Shown here piece after piece: positions 29,925 to 40,064 of a stretch of DNA of 64,000 nucleotides (position 1 is the stretch's first letter; every line of letters starts with the position of its first letter). The DNA comes from an uncultured Chloroflexia bacterium (GTDB lineage Bacteria > Chloroflexota > Limnocylindria > QHBO01), in NCBI GenBank assembly GCA_963783725.1, contig CAWAOJ010000002.1:2153662-2217661 (forward strand), given 5' to 3'. A program made the translations under genes and the position numbers. The notes beneath the pieces are model-generated. The model worked only from the letters and a program-made list of their open reading frames with translations. It made no database searches and was not told where the DNA came from.

Positions 29925-30748
29925 TTCGAAGCGACTCCGGAGCTGCCGGCCTGTTCGGGCCGGGGTCGATGGCCTGGCGCGTCGACCGCGAGGTGATCAT
30001 CCTGGCCGGCGGCAGCTGCGCGCTGCTCATGCAGCTCGCGCACCCGGCCGTGGCGGCGGGCGTCGAGCAGCATTCGGACTTCCGTGCCGATCCCTTCGCG
30101 CGCCTTCGTCGCACGCTGACGGCGAGCTTCGACGTGGTCTTCGGATCGACGCCGCGGGCGGAGCGCGCCATCCGGCGCATGAACGCGATCCACGCCGCCG
30201 TGCGCGGCAGCGTTCCGGAGACCGGGCGGGACTACATGGCGCGCGATCCGCGCCTGCTGCTGTGGGTCCACGCCACGCTGATCGACACGGCACTGCGCGT
30301 GTACGACCGATACGTCGAACCACTCTCGGAGGCGGACGCGGAGGCGTATTACGCCGAGTCGATCGAGATTGCGACCCGCCTTGGCGTGCCGCACGATGCC
30401 ATGCCGGCCAGCCTGGCGGGGATGCGCGACGAGATGGCCCGCATGATCGCGTCCGGCGAGGTCGAGGTCTCGCCCACCGCGCGCGGCCTCGCGCCGTTCG
30501 TGCTCCACCCGACGCGGTTTCCGCCGCGCCTGGCCTGGGATGCGGCGCATCTCATCTCGCTCAGCGTGCTTCCGCCCGCGGTGCGTCGCGGATACGGAAT
30601 CCGCTGGTCGCGGGCCCGCGAGCGCGGCATGGACGTCGCCGCCACCACCATCCGCCGGACGCTGCCGCTGGTGCCGTCGCCGTTGCGCTTCGTGCCGCAC
30701 TACCGCAGCGCGCTGCGGCGCGCGCGAGGCACGTCGCAGCCGGGCTGA
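29915..30748 (+). CDS. oxygenase MpaB/DUF2236 family protein
   Basis: 'LFGPGSMAWRV', 'LLMQLAHP', 'HSDFRADPFARL', 'IHAAVRG', 'WVHATL'. Confidence 0.88.
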   Translation: MALIRSDSGAAGLFGPGSMAWRVDREVIILAGGSCALLMQLAHPAVAAGVEQHSDFRADPFARLRRTLTASFDVVFGSTPRAERAIRRMNAIHAAVRGSVPETGRDYMARDPRLLLWVHATLIDTALRVYDRYVEPLSEADAEAYYAESIEIATRLGVPHDAMPASLAGMRDEMARMIASGEVEVSPTARGLAPFVLHPTRFPPRLAWDAAHLISLSVLPPAVRRGYGIRWSRARERGMDVAATTIRRTLPLVPSPLRFVPHYRSALRRARGTSQPG

Positions 30749-30855
30749 CGCGTCGAGGGAGCCGGTCGCGGCCCGCCGAGCCGCGCCTCCTGTCGGCGGC
30801 TATCATGCTCGCGCCCGCTCGTCTCGTCAGTCAGCCGCGCGTGGCCGGAGGAACC

Positions 30856-31809
30856 TTGACTCGCTTCACCAAGCTCGCCGCTGCGACCGTGGCGATGACC
30901 TTCGTGCTGGTCATCGTGGGGGTCGTCGTGCGCTCCACCGGCTCGGGCCTCGGATGCCCGGAGTGGCCGACCTGCCACGGCAGCTGGATCCCGCCCTTCG
31001 ACGACCCGCACGCCATCATCGAGTACTCGCATCGCACCACCGCCGCCATCGTCGGGTTTCTCGCGCTGGCCCTGGCCATCGTCGCCATCGTTGCCTACCG
31101 CGGACGGCGCGAGATCCTGTGGCCATCGGTCGGCGCGTTCGTGCTCGTCGTGCTGCAGGCCCTGCTGGGCAAGGTCACCGTCGAGTCCGAGCTCTCGGGC
31201 GAGATCGTCACCGCCCACCTGGCGACCGCCATGGCGCTCTTCGCGCTGGTCATCTTCGTCTTCGTGCGCAGTCGCCTTCCTCGCCTGATCCCGGCGCACG
31301 GCGGCTGGAGCGGCTTCACCAGGCTCGCCGTCGCCGCCGCGCTCGCCACCTACGTCCTGCTGCTGCTGGGCGCGCACGTGCGGGCGACCGGCGCGACCTA
31401 TGCCTATCCGGACTGGCCGCTGATGAACGGCAGCCTTTTTCCGGCCCTGACCGATGCGGGCACGCCGCAGTTCCTGCATCGCTGGGCGGGCCTGCTGGTC
31501 GGGCTTCTTGTGGTGGCCACCGCGCTGGTCGCCGTCCGCGACGCGCGCGCGGGGCGCGCGCATCGGTCTGTCGCCTGGCTGGCGGTCCTGCCCGCGGTCC
31601 TGTTCCCGCTGCAGGGGGTGATCGGCGCGGCGCAGATCTGGTTCCACCTCGCGCCGTGGACGCAGATCGTGCACCTCGGCATCGCCGCCGCGATCTGGGG
31701 CTTCCTGGTCGGCCTGGTCCTGGTCAGCCACTACGCGGGTCGCATGGACGCCGAGCCGATGCGCTCCGCGCAGCGCGACCCGGCGCCGGCGCGGACCGCT
31801 CCCGCCTAG
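30856..31809 (+). CDS. ctaA: heme A synthase (COX15/CtaA)
   Basis: GGAGG RBS before TTG; 'SGLGCPEWPTC', 'EYSHR', 'AHL', 'FLHR', 'VHL'; 8 TM helices. Confidence 0.9.
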   Translation: MTRFTKLAAATVAMTFVLVIVGVVVRSTGSGLGCPEWPTCHGSWIPPFDDPHAIIEYSHRTTAAIVGFLALALAIVAIVAYRGRREILWPSVGAFVLVVLQALLGKVTVESELSGEIVTAHLATAMALFALVIFVFVRSRLPRLIPAHGGWSGFTRLAVAAALATYVLLLLGAHVRATGATYAYPDWPLMNGSLFPALTDAGTPQFLHRWAGLLVGLLVVATALVAVRDARAGRAHRSVAWLAVLPAVLFPLQGVIGAAQIWFHLAPWTQIVHLGIAAAIWGFLVGLVLVSHYAGRMDAEPMRSAQRDPAPARTAPA

Positions 31810-32816
31810 CCGCGCACTCCCGCTTCGGGGTGCGACCCCGCCCGGAGCCGCTCTGCCTCCTCGCTGTCCAGCCGCGCGTCGAGACGGGCGGTGCGCCGGT
31901 CCTCCAGGCGCACCCAGGCCACCACCACCAGCCCCATCCCGATCAGGAATGCCGCATCGCCCATGACCCACATCAGGATGCCGCCCAGGTTCTGGTCGTC
32001 GAGCGGCGACGGCCCCCAGGCTCGCTCGACGGTCAGGTAGTGGGAGTAGAGCACCTGCGGCGCGCTCATCAGCGCCACGCCCAGGAAGGAGTTCTGCGGC
32101 ATGGCAAGGAACAGGTAGAAGAGGCGCACCGGGTATGGCAGCCGCCACGGGGATGGATCGAGGCCGACCACCGGCCACCAGAAGAGGAGCGCGGCCGCCA
32201 GGAAGGTGAAGTGCTGGAAGTAGTGCAGCGGCACGTTCTCGAGGGCGACGTTGTAGGCCTCGGAGAAGTGCCAGCCCCAGTTGACCGCGGCGAAGAGCAG
32301 CCAGGCGACCAGCGGGAACGAGACGACGTGGACGACGCGGCTCTGCAGGACGGTGAGCAGTCCTCGTCTGACCGATGGAGACGAGGCCCGCAGCGCGAGC
32401 GTGATCGGCGCCCCGAGCAGCAGGAGCGGCGCCGCCACGAGCTCGAGCAGCATGTGCTGCACCATGTGCACGCTGAACAGCGATCCCTCGTAGGCCTCGA
32501 CCGGCGAGACGAGCGCGACCAGGATGGCCGCCAGGCCGGCAATGAACGCCAGCGTCCTGCCGCGCGGCGGCCGATTGCGCGGATGCCGCGCCGCCACGCG
32601 TCGTGCAGCCCACAGGTACGCCAGCGCGGCCAGCGCGACGCCGGCCAGCGGCAGCCAGTCCGGCCGCCAGTCGAGCAGCACGCCGGGAAAGCTGGGCGGC
32701 GCTTCGGAGATGCCGTGCGCGAGCGCCGGCGAGGGCGCGAGCGCGGACGCGAGCGCGGAGATGACGAGGAGCAGCGCCGCGGCGACGGCACGCGCGAGAG
32801 AGGTCACGACCGCCAT
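31806..32816 (-). CDS. ctaG: caa3-type cytochrome c oxidase assembly factor CtaG
   Basis: 'FSVHMVQHM', 'APLLLLGAP', 'WH', 'LHYFQH', 'LLFWWPV', 'LDDQNLGGILMW'. Confidence 0.88.
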   Translation of the reverse strand: MAVVTSLARAVAAALLLVISALASALAPSPALAHGISEAPPSFPGVLLDWRPDWLPLAGVALAALAYLWAARRVAARHPRNRPPRGRTLAFIAGLAAILVALVSPVEAYEGSLFSVHMVQHMLLELVAAPLLLLGAPITLALRASSPSVRRGLLTVLQSRVVHVVSFPLVAWLLFAAVNWGWHFSEAYNVALENVPLHYFQHFTFLAAALLFWWPVVGLDPSPWRLPYPVRLFYLFLAMPQNSFLGVALMSAPQVLYSHYLTVERAWGPSPLDDQNLGGILMWVMGDAAFLIGMGLVVVAWVRLEDRRTARLDARLDSEEAERLRAGSHPEAGVRG

Positions 32817-32883
32817 TCTCCCGCGGATGGCGCGAGGATGCCCGCGCGGAACCCGATTCCCCGAGCGGGCGTCTGAGCGGTCG

Positions 32884-33714
32884 ATGACACGTGCCGCGAT
32901 GATGACTCTGCTCGCCATCTCCCTCTCCGCCTGCAGCGGCCTCGGCGGTGCGGGCGGCGCCCCCATCACGCATCCGGCCGGGGACGGGCTGGTGCTGAGA
33001 GTGGAGCAGCGAGGCGGCCTGGTTCCGCAGCCGCTGCGCCTCACCGCGCTGCCCTCCTGGACGCTGGTCGGTGACGGGAGGGTCATCACCCCCGGGCCGG
33101 TGATCGCGATCTACCCCGGGCCGCTGCTGCCGAACCTCGGCGTCGTCCGGCTGAGCGAGAAGGGCGTGCAGCAGGTGCTGCGACAGGTGGCCGCCACGAA
33201 CCTCTTCGACAGGGACCGCCGGCTGGACGGAGGAGCCAACGTGGCCGACGCGCCCGAGACGGTCGTCACGCTGCACGCCGACGGCCGCGAGGTGACCGTC
33301 ACGGCCTACGCGCTCGGCATCAATCCCGAGACCGGCGATCGTCGCGCTCTCGCGGCGCTGCTCGAGCGGCTGACGACGCTGGAGCAGTGGATGCCGGCCG
33401 ACGGCTGGACGGCGAAGCAGAGCAGCGCCTATTCCCCCGCGGCGTACCGGCTGCTGGTCCGCACGGCGGACACGGACAAGGGAGACGGCGGGATCGCGGT
33501 GAACCTGGCTCCATGGCCCACCGCGAGCGATCCGCTGACTGGTAGCGAGCTCGTCCCCGGCTGGCGCTGCAGCCTGGCGACGGGCGCGGACGCGCGGCGC
33601 TGGAGCGCGGCGCTGCGCGCGGCGAACTCGCTGACCCGCTTCGAGGCGGCCGGGCACCGCTATCAGGTCGCGCCGCGACCACTCCTCCCCGACGAGCCTG
33701 CGACCTGCGGCTGA
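32884..33714 (+). CDS. hypothetical lipoprotein
   Basis: Lipobox 'LSAC'; 'LVGDGRVITPGP', 'RPLLPDE'. Confidence 0.7.
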   Translation: MTRAAMMTLLAISLSACSGLGGAGGAPITHPAGDGLVLRVEQRGGLVPQPLRLTALPSWTLVGDGRVITPGPVIAIYPGPLLPNLGVVRLSEKGVQQVLRQVAATNLFDRDRRLDGGANVADAPETVVTLHADGREVTVTAYALGINPETGDRRALAALLERLTTLEQWMPADGWTAKQSSAYSPAAYRLLVRTADTDKGDGGIAVNLAPWPTASDPLTGSELVPGWRCSLATGADARRWSAALRAANSLTRFEAAGHRYQVAPRPLLPDEPATCG

Positions 33715-33872
33715 CGCCGGTCGCGGACGGGGATGCACCGCCCGCGACGCATCGGTACAATGTCGCCCGTGCCGAACGGCCCGGGCCGCCGGCGCTCATG
33801 TTCGGCGTCACTGGACGTTCGCCGCGCGGGTTCGCCACGCCGCGCAATTCGTTGAGGAGTCGAGACGAGCTG

Positions 33873-34943
33873 ATGCGACGAACCGCGGTTTCGGAGCGCC
33901 TGCGGGGCGCGCTCAAGGTGGCCGGCCCGCTGCTGCTGATCGGCATGCTCGCGGGGTGCATGGTCCCGCCGGAGCCGGAGACGACCGAGGCGCAGAGCGT
34001 CTTCACGCTCTACAACATCATCTTCGCCATGGGCGTGGTCGTCTTCCTCGCGGTCGAGGGGATGATCGTCTACTCGATCTTCCGCTACCGCCGCCGCGAC
34101 GACCGCCTGCCCGCGCAGCTGCACGGCAACAACGTCGTCGAGATCGTGTGGACCGTCATCCCCACGGTCATCGTGCTCGCCATCTTCGCCATGAGCATGG
34201 TCACCCTCAACACCGTCGAGGCGCGCGCGGCCAAGCCGGCGGCCGTGATCGAAGTCGACGGCTTCCAGTGGCAGTGGGCGTTCCGCTACGGCACCGCCGA
34301 CAACGACCCCAAGAACGACTTCACGGTCACCGGATCGGTCACCGATCCACCGACCATGGTCGTGCCCGTCGGCGAGCCGGTGAAGCTTCTGCTGAAGTCG
34401 CAGGACGTCATCCATTCCTTCTTCGTGCCGCACTTCCTGATCAAGCGCGACGTGATCCCGTTCCCGGACGGCCATCTCAACACGCTCGAGTTCACGGTCC
34501 GCAACCCGGGCACCTACGCCGGCCAGTGCGCGGAGTTCTGCGGCACGGCGCACGCGCAGATGACGTTCAGCGTGAAGGCGGTCTCGCGCGCCGAATACGA
34601 CTCCTGGCTGCAGGCCGAGATCTCGGGCGTGCCGGCCTCGCCGCCGGCGACGGCGGCCCCGGGCGTGCAGACGATCAAGATCAGCGCCGACAAGGTGGCG
34701 TTCAGCACCGACAAGCTGGAGGCGCCGGCGGGAGCGCCGTTCGTGATCGAGTTCGAGAACAAGGAGCCGATCCCGCACAACGTCGCGATCTACGACAGCG
34801 CGGGCAAGGAGCTCTTCAAGGGGGACATCGTGACCGGACCAAAGACCGTGACCTACAACGTGCCGGCGCTCCCCGCCGGTGACTACAAGTTCCAGTGCGA
34901 CGTGCACCCGACCGTGATGTTCGGGTCGCTCACCGCCAAGTAG
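33873..34943 (+). CDS. coxB: cytochrome c oxidase subunit II with C-terminal cupredoxin domain
   Basis: Lipobox 'LAGC', 'EIVWT', 'FQWQW', 'DVIHSF', CuA motif 'CAEFCGTAHAQM'; then 'PHNV...FQCDVHPTVM'. Confidence 0.95.
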   Translation: MRRTAVSERLRGALKVAGPLLLIGMLAGCMVPPEPETTEAQSVFTLYNIIFAMGVVVFLAVEGMIVYSIFRYRRRDDRLPAQLHGNNVVEIVWTVIPTVIVLAIFAMSMVTLNTVEARAAKPAAVIEVDGFQWQWAFRYGTADNDPKNDFTVTGSVTDPPTMVVPVGEPVKLLLKSQDVIHSFFVPHFLIKRDVIPFPDGHLNTLEFTVRNPGTYAGQCAEFCGTAHAQMTFSVKAVSRAEYDSWLQAEISGVPASPPATAAPGVQTIKISADKVAFSTDKLEAPAGAPFVIEFENKEPIPHNVAIYDSAGKELFKGDIVTGPKTVTYNVPALPAGDYKFQCDVHPTVMFGSLTAK

Positions 34944-34966
34944 CCGAGGCGAGGGCCGCTCCTGTT

Positions 34967-36616
34967 ATGGCAACCACGACGCTGAATCCGCGAACCGAGG
35001 GCTACGCTCGCTCCTGGGTGCTCGACTGGCTGACCACCGTCGACCACAAGAAGATCGGGATCATGTACATCGTGAACTCGTTCCTCTTCTTCCTGGCCGC
35101 GGGCGTGCTGGCGCTCCTGATCCGATCCGAGCTCGCCGTGCCGGGGCTGCAGTTCCTCGACCAGAACACCTACAACCAGGCCTTCACGATGCACGGCACG
35201 ATCATGATCTTCCTGTTCATCGTGCCGGTCCTGGCCGGGTTCGCGAACTACATCGTGCCGCTGCAGATCGGCGCGCCCGACATGGCCTTCCCGCGCATCA
35301 ACGCCCTGTCGTTCTGGTTCCTGCCGCTGGGCGGGCTGCTCATCTTCTCCGGCTACCTGTTCGGCGGCGCCGCCGCCGAGGGCTGGACCGGCTACAGCCC
35401 GCTTGCGCAGGCGCGCTACGCGCCCGGGCCGGGCACCGACCTGTGGATCATCGGCCTGGTGCTGGTCGGCACGGCGTCCATCCTGGGCTCGATCAACTTC
35501 ATCGCCACCATCTTCAAGATGCGGGCGCCGGGCATGACGCTCTTCCGCATGCCGATCTTCGTGTGGACCGTGCTCGTCACCGCGACGCTGATCCTGCTCG
35601 CCACGCCGGTCCTGACGGCGGGTCTGATCGCGCTCTTCATCGACCGCAACTACGGCGGGTCGTTCTTCGATCCGGCCAACGGCGGCAACCCCATCCTGTG
35701 GCAGCACATCTTCTGGTTCTTCGGCCATCCCGAGGTCTACATCGTCATCCTGCCGGCCATGGGCATCGTGAGCGAGATCCTGCCGGTCTTCAGCCGCAAG
35801 CCGCTGTTCGGCTACCGGGCCTTCGTCTTCGCCACCATCGGCATCGGTCTGCTCAGCTTCAGCGTCTGGGCGCACCACATGTTCACCACCGGCGCCGTCT
35901 TCCTGCCCTTCTTCAGCTTCATGACGGCGCTGATCGCGGTGCCCACCGGCGTCAAGATGTTCAACTGGCTGGCCACCATGTGGCGCGGCTCGCTGACCTT
36001 CACGGTGGCCATGATGTTCGCCATCGGCTTCGTGGCCATGTTCCTGATCGGCGGCATCAGCGGCGTGATGATGGCCTCGGCGCCGGTCGACTTCCACCTG
36101 CAGGACACCTACTTCGCAGTGGCACACCTGCACTACGTCTTCTTCGGCGGCTCCGTCTTCGGCGTCTTCGCGGCGACCTACTACTGGTTCCCCAAGATGA
36201 GCGGCCGCAGGCTCAACGAGGGCCTCGGCAAGTGGCACTTCTGGACCCACTTCATCGGGTTCAACCTGACCTTCTTCCCGATGCACTCGCTGGGCATCAC
36301 CGGCATGCCGCGGCGCATCGCCGACTACGACCCGACCAACACCGGCTGGATCATCATGAACTCGCTCGAGACGGTCGGCGCGTTCATCATCGGGATCAGC
36401 GTCATCCTGTTCCTGGTCAACGTCATCGCCTCGCTGATCAACGGGGAGCGGGTCGGCGACGACCCGTGGGAGGCGAACACGCTGGAGTGGGCGACCAGCT
36501 CGCCGCCGCCGCCCTACAACTTCGACCGCCTGCCCCCGGTGCGCAGCGAGCGGCCGGTGTTCGACGTGCGGCATCGGCATGACGCAGAAGTGCTCACGGC
36601 GGGGGAGGGGCACTGA
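34967..36616 (+). CDS. coxA: cytochrome c oxidase subunit I (A1 type)
   Basis: 'DHKKIG', 'TMHG', 'DMAFPR', 'WFFGHPEVY', 'WAHHM', 'AHLHY', 'GMPRR'. Confidence 0.97.
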   Translation: MATTTLNPRTEGYARSWVLDWLTTVDHKKIGIMYIVNSFLFFLAAGVLALLIRSELAVPGLQFLDQNTYNQAFTMHGTIMIFLFIVPVLAGFANYIVPLQIGAPDMAFPRINALSFWFLPLGGLLIFSGYLFGGAAAEGWTGYSPLAQARYAPGPGTDLWIIGLVLVGTASILGSINFIATIFKMRAPGMTLFRMPIFVWTVLVTATLILLATPVLTAGLIALFIDRNYGGSFFDPANGGNPILWQHIFWFFGHPEVYIVILPAMGIVSEILPVFSRKPLFGYRAFVFATIGIGLLSFSVWAHHMFTTGAVFLPFFSFMTALIAVPTGVKMFNWLATMWRGSLTFTVAMMFAIGFVAMFLIGGISGVMMASAPVDFHLQDTYFAVAHLHYVFFGGSVFGVFAATYYWFPKMSGRRLNEGLGKWHFWTHFIGFNLTFFPMHSLGITGMPRRIADYDPTNTGWIIMNSLETVGAFIIGISVILFLVNVIASLINGERVGDDPWEANTLEWATSSPPPPYNFDRLPPVRSERPVFDVRHRHDAEVLTAGEGH

Positions 36617-37224
36617 TGGCGGCGCAGACTCCGGTCGTGACCGCTGCCGCCGGCGTGCCCGAGCGCCGGGAGGCCGGCATGCCGACCCCGATGGTCGGGA
36701 TGCTGCTCTTCATCGCCAGCGAGGTCATGTTCTTCGGCGGCCTCTTCGCCGCCTACTTCAACAGCCGCGCCACGCACGCCGCGGAGTGGGCGCCGCCCGG
36801 AGGACGCGAGCTGGAGGCGTGGCCGCTGGCGACCATCCTTACCATCCTGCTGGTCACCTCGAGCGTGACCATGCAGCTGGGCGTGGCCGCCATCCGTCGC
36901 GGGGATCAGCGGCGGCTGCGGATGTGGATCGGGGTCACGCTGACGCTCGGCGTGCTGTTCCTCCTCGGTCAGCTGTACGACTACTCGCAGCTCGGCTTCG
37001 GCATCGGCGACGGGATCTTCGGCACCACCTTCTACACGCTGACCGGCTTCCACGGCGCGCACGTGTTCGGCGGTGCGGTGGGGATGTCGATCCTTCTCGC
37101 GCGCGCCATGCAGGGCCAGTTCAGCGCTCGCAACCACGTCGCGGTCGAGGCGATCAGCATGTACTGGCACTTCGTGGACGTGGTCTGGATCGCCCTCTTC
37201 TTCACGCTCTACTTCCTGCGCTAG
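36616..37224 (+). CDS. coxC: cytochrome c oxidase subunit III
   Basis: 'FIASEVMFF', 'LTGFHGAHV', 'YWHFVDVVW'. Confidence 0.96.
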   Translation: MAAQTPVVTAAAGVPERREAGMPTPMVGMLLFIASEVMFFGGLFAAYFNSRATHAAEWAPPGGRELEAWPLATILTILLVTSSVTMQLGVAAIRRGDQRRLRMWIGVTLTLGVLFLLGQLYDYSQLGFGIGDGIFGTTFYTLTGFHGAHVFGGAVGMSILLARAMQGQFSARNHVAVEAISMYWHFVDVVWIALFFTLYFLR

Positions 37225-37236
37225 GAGGCCCGTGCG

Positions 37237-37587
37237 ATGACTGACCAGGCGTTCGGCTTCATCCTGATCGGCGTCGCGATCGTCTTCGTGCTGGGCCTCG
37301 TCTTTGCCGTCTCGATGAGGACCGCCCGGCCCGTCGCGGAGGAGGTCCGCGTCCCGCCCGGCGTGCACCTGCCCGCGCCGAGCGCGCTTCCGGTGCTGGT
37401 GGCGCTGGCGGGCCTGCTCATCGGCGCCGGCCTCGCCTTCCGGCCCGAGGGCGCGATCGCCAACCTGTGGATCGCCATCCCGGGGTTGGCCCTGTTCGTC
37501 TACGCCGTGGTGCGCTGGGTCCGCGACGCCGGACGCGAGTGGCACGACGTGGAGCTCGGGCCGCACGACGACGCCCGGACGCACTGA
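37237..37587 (+). CDS. probable cytochrome c oxidase subunit IV (CtaF-like)
   Basis: Three TM helices, 'GVHLPAPSALP', 'WVRDA'; directly after coxC with its own RBS. Confidence 0.6.
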   Translation: MTDQAFGFILIGVAIVFVLGLVFAVSMRTARPVAEEVRVPPGVHLPAPSALPVLVALAGLLIGAGLAFRPEGAIANLWIAIPGLALFVYAVVRWVRDAGREWHDVELGPHDDARTH

Positions 37588-38177
37588 TGTCGGCGGCGCC
37601 GGCAGCCTCGCCGTCGCGCTCGGCGGATGAGCCCCGCCCGTCCTTCGGCTCGTCGCTCCCGCGCGGCTATCTCGTCGTCGCCGCCGTGGTGCCGCTGGTG
37701 CTGCTCGCCATCTACATCGGGCTGCTGGCCTCTCGCGCGCCCCAGGTCCGCGCCCAGATCGGCACGCCGGCGCCCCAGTTCGCGCTGTCCGACCTGGACG
37801 GCAACCCGGTCCGGCTGGCGGACCTGCGCGGCCGGCCGGTGGTGCTCAACTTCTGGGCAAGCTGGTGCGGGCCGTGCGTCGAGGAGTTCCCGCTGCTCGT
37901 CAGCGCCCAGCAGCGCCACGCGGCGGACGGGCTGGCCATCGTCGGCATCGTCTACCAGGACCGCTCCGAGGCGGCGCGCGACTTCATGCGCCAGATGGGC
38001 GCAGGCTGGCCGGCCGCCATGGACCCCGGCGGGAGGGTCGCCACGGCGTACGGCGTCTACGGCCCGCCCGAGACGTTCTACATTGGCCGCGACGGAACGA
38101 TCGTCAATCATCAGATCGGCCAGTTCCGCGCGAATGACCTCGAGCAGCAGATCGACGCAATGATCGGCAAGCAGTAG
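37587..38177 (+). CDS. TlpA/ResA family membrane-anchored thiol-disulfide oxidoreductase
   Basis: TM anchor, 'APQFAL', '[12 protein letters not shown]', '[10 protein letters not shown]'. Confidence 0.9.
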   Translation: MSAAPAASPSRSADEPRPSFGSSLPRGYLVVAAVVPLVLLAIYIGLLASRAPQVRAQIGTPAPQFALSDLDGNPVRLADLRGRPVVLNFWASWCGPCVEEFPLLVSAQQRHAADGLAIVGIVYQDRSEAARDFMRQMGAGWPAAMDPGGRVATAYGVYGPPETFYIGRDGTIVNHQIGQFRANDLEQQIDAMIGKQ

Positions 38178-38186
38178 GAGCACGGC

Positions 38187-38384
38187 ATGACCTCGAACCT
38201 CCCCGCCACCCAGACCGATGCGCCGCTCGCGCCGTCACCCAGCCCGCCGCCTGCCGCATCGGTGCCGGTGGAGCGTCCGGAGGTCCGCCAGAGCATCGGT
38301 GTCGCTCTGCTGCCCATGGCGCTGGTGACGTTCGTGATCATCGGCCTGGTGATCGCCGCCTGGACCTTCCTGGGGGCCGGATGA
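38187..38384 (+). CDS. small membrane protein
   Basis: AGGAG RBS, Pro-rich N-terminus, one TM helix, ATGA overlap with the next gene. Confidence 0.6.
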   Translation: MTSNLPATQTDAPLAPSPSPPPAASVPVERPEVRQSIGVALLPMALVTFVIIGLVIAAWTFLGAG

Positions 38385-39301
38385 CACAACCGGCGGTCGC
38401 GGTCGAGATCCGCGGCCTGCGCAAGTCCTACGGCTCGGTCGAGGCGGTCCGCGGCCTCGACCTCACCATCCGGCGCGGCGAGGTGTTCGCCCTTCTCGGC
38501 CCGAACGGCGCTGGCAAGACGACCACGGTCGAGATCCTCGAGGGCTACCGCGATCGCGACGCCGGCGAGGTGCGCATCCTCGGCGTCGATCCACGGTTGC
38601 ACGACCGCCGGCTGCGGCAGCGCGTCGGCATCGTGCTGCAGGCCACCGGCCTCTCGCCGTACCTGACGGTGCGCGAGACGGTGGCCATGTTCGCCGGCTA
38701 CTACCCGGCACCGCGTGACGTGGACGAGGTGATCGCCCTGGTCGGGCTGTCGGAGCTCGCCGGCCGGCGCGTCACCAAGCTCTCCGGCGGGGAGCGCCGC
38801 CGCCTCGACCTGGCGGTGGCGCTCGTCGGCGACCCGGAGCTGCTGTTCCTGGACGAGCCGACCACCGGGTTCGACCCCGGCGCGCGGCGGCAGGCGTGGC
38901 AGACCATCCGCGACCTGTCGAGGCTGGGCAAGACGATCCTGCTGACGACGCACTACATGGACGAGGCGCAGGCGCTGGCCGCACGCGTCGCGGTGATCGC
39001 GCAGGGCCGGATTGTTGCGGAGGGTGCGCCGGACACGCTCGGCGGCCGCGACGCCGGTGCCAGCAGCGTGCGCTTCAGCCTCTCCGGCGGCTCGGAGCTC
39101 CCGGAAGGCTTCGGAGCGCGCCGCACCGGCGACGCGTACGAGCTGCGCACGGACACCCCCACGCGCACGCTGCACGCCCTCACCGACTGGGCGCTGAGCG
39201 CGGACGTGGAGCTGGTCGGGCTGGACGTCAGCCCGCGCTCGCTGGAGGACGTCTACCTCTCGCTGACCGGGTCCCCGCTCGAAGAGGCGAGCGCGGCATG
39301 A
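38381..39301 (+). CDS. ABC transporter ATP-binding protein
   Basis: 'GPNGAGKTT', 'LSGGE', 'FLDEP'. Confidence 0.93.
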   Translation: MTQPAVAVEIRGLRKSYGSVEAVRGLDLTIRRGEVFALLGPNGAGKTTTVEILEGYRDRDAGEVRILGVDPRLHDRRLRQRVGIVLQATGLSPYLTVRETVAMFAGYYPAPRDVDEVIALVGLSELAGRRVTKLSGGERRRLDLAVALVGDPELLFLDEPTTGFDPGARRQAWQTIRDLSRLGKTILLTTHYMDEAQALAARVAVIAQGRIVAEGAPDTLGGRDAGASSVRFSLSGGSELPEGFGARRTGDAYELRTDTPTRTLHALTDWALSADVELVGLDVSPRSLEDVYLSLTGSPLEEASAA

Positions 39302-40062
39302 GCGAGATCGCGCTCGCCCTGCGCCAGGTGCGCTACGAGAACCGCGCCTTCTGGCGCAATCCGGCCGCCGCCTTCTTCACCTTCGTCTTCCCGCTGCTGT
39401 TCATGGTGATCTTCAACCTGCTCTTCGGCGGGGGGCCGGAAGGGGGCCGCTTCTTCACCCCGGCCATCATCGTCTTCGCGGTGGTGACCGCGACCTTCAC
39501 CAACCTGGCCATGATGGTCACCGCCGCGCGGGAGCAGGGGGTGCTCAAGCGGATCCATGGCACGCCGCTGCCGGGCTGGGCGTTCCTCGTCGGTCGCATG
39601 CTGCACTCGTCGCTGGTGGCGCTGCTGCTGGTGGTGATCGTCGCCGGCTTCGGCGCGGTCTTCTATGGCGTCCCCGTCCCGTGGGGCGAGCTCCCGGCGC
39701 TCCTCGTCACGCTCGTGCTGGCCGCGGCGACCTTCTCGGCGCTGGGGCTGGCGCTCACCGGCTTCATCCCCAACGACGACGCCGCGCCCGCCATCGTGAA
39801 CGGCGTCATCTTTCCGGTGCTGTTCATATCGAACGTCTTCATCCAGATGGACAATGCGCCCGCGTGGCTTGACGCGCTGTCGAAACTGTTCCCCGTGCGT
39901 CATTTCGCCGATGCGATGCTCGGCATCTACGCGCGCAACCCGAGCTCGGGCGGATTCGCTCCCGAGCACCTGGTGGTGATCGCGATCTGGGGGGTCATCG
40001 GTCTCGTCGTGGCAATGCGGTTCTTCTCGTGGGAGCCACGGCGCTCGTCAGCTGGAGGATAG
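39298..40062 (+). CDS. ABC-2 type transporter permease
   Basis: 'FWRNP', 'REQGVLKR', six TM helices, 'FFSWE'. Confidence 0.88.
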   Translation: MSEIALALRQVRYENRAFWRNPAAAFFTFVFPLLFMVIFNLLFGGGPEGGRFFTPAIIVFAVVTATFTNLAMMVTAAREQGVLKRIHGTPLPGWAFLVGRMLHSSLVALLLVVIVAGFGAVFYGVPVPWGELPALLVTLVLAAATFSALGLALTGFIPNDDAAPAIVNGVIFPVLFISNVFIQMDNAPAWLDALSKLFPVRHFADAMLGIYARNPSSGGFAPEHLVVIAIWGVIGLVVAMRFFSWEPRRSSAGG

Positions 40063-40064
40063 TC

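Noticed and set aside
30700..33738. 1012-aa minus-strand ORF
   Set aside because: It is a shadow frame over ctaA, ctaG and the lipoprotein gene.
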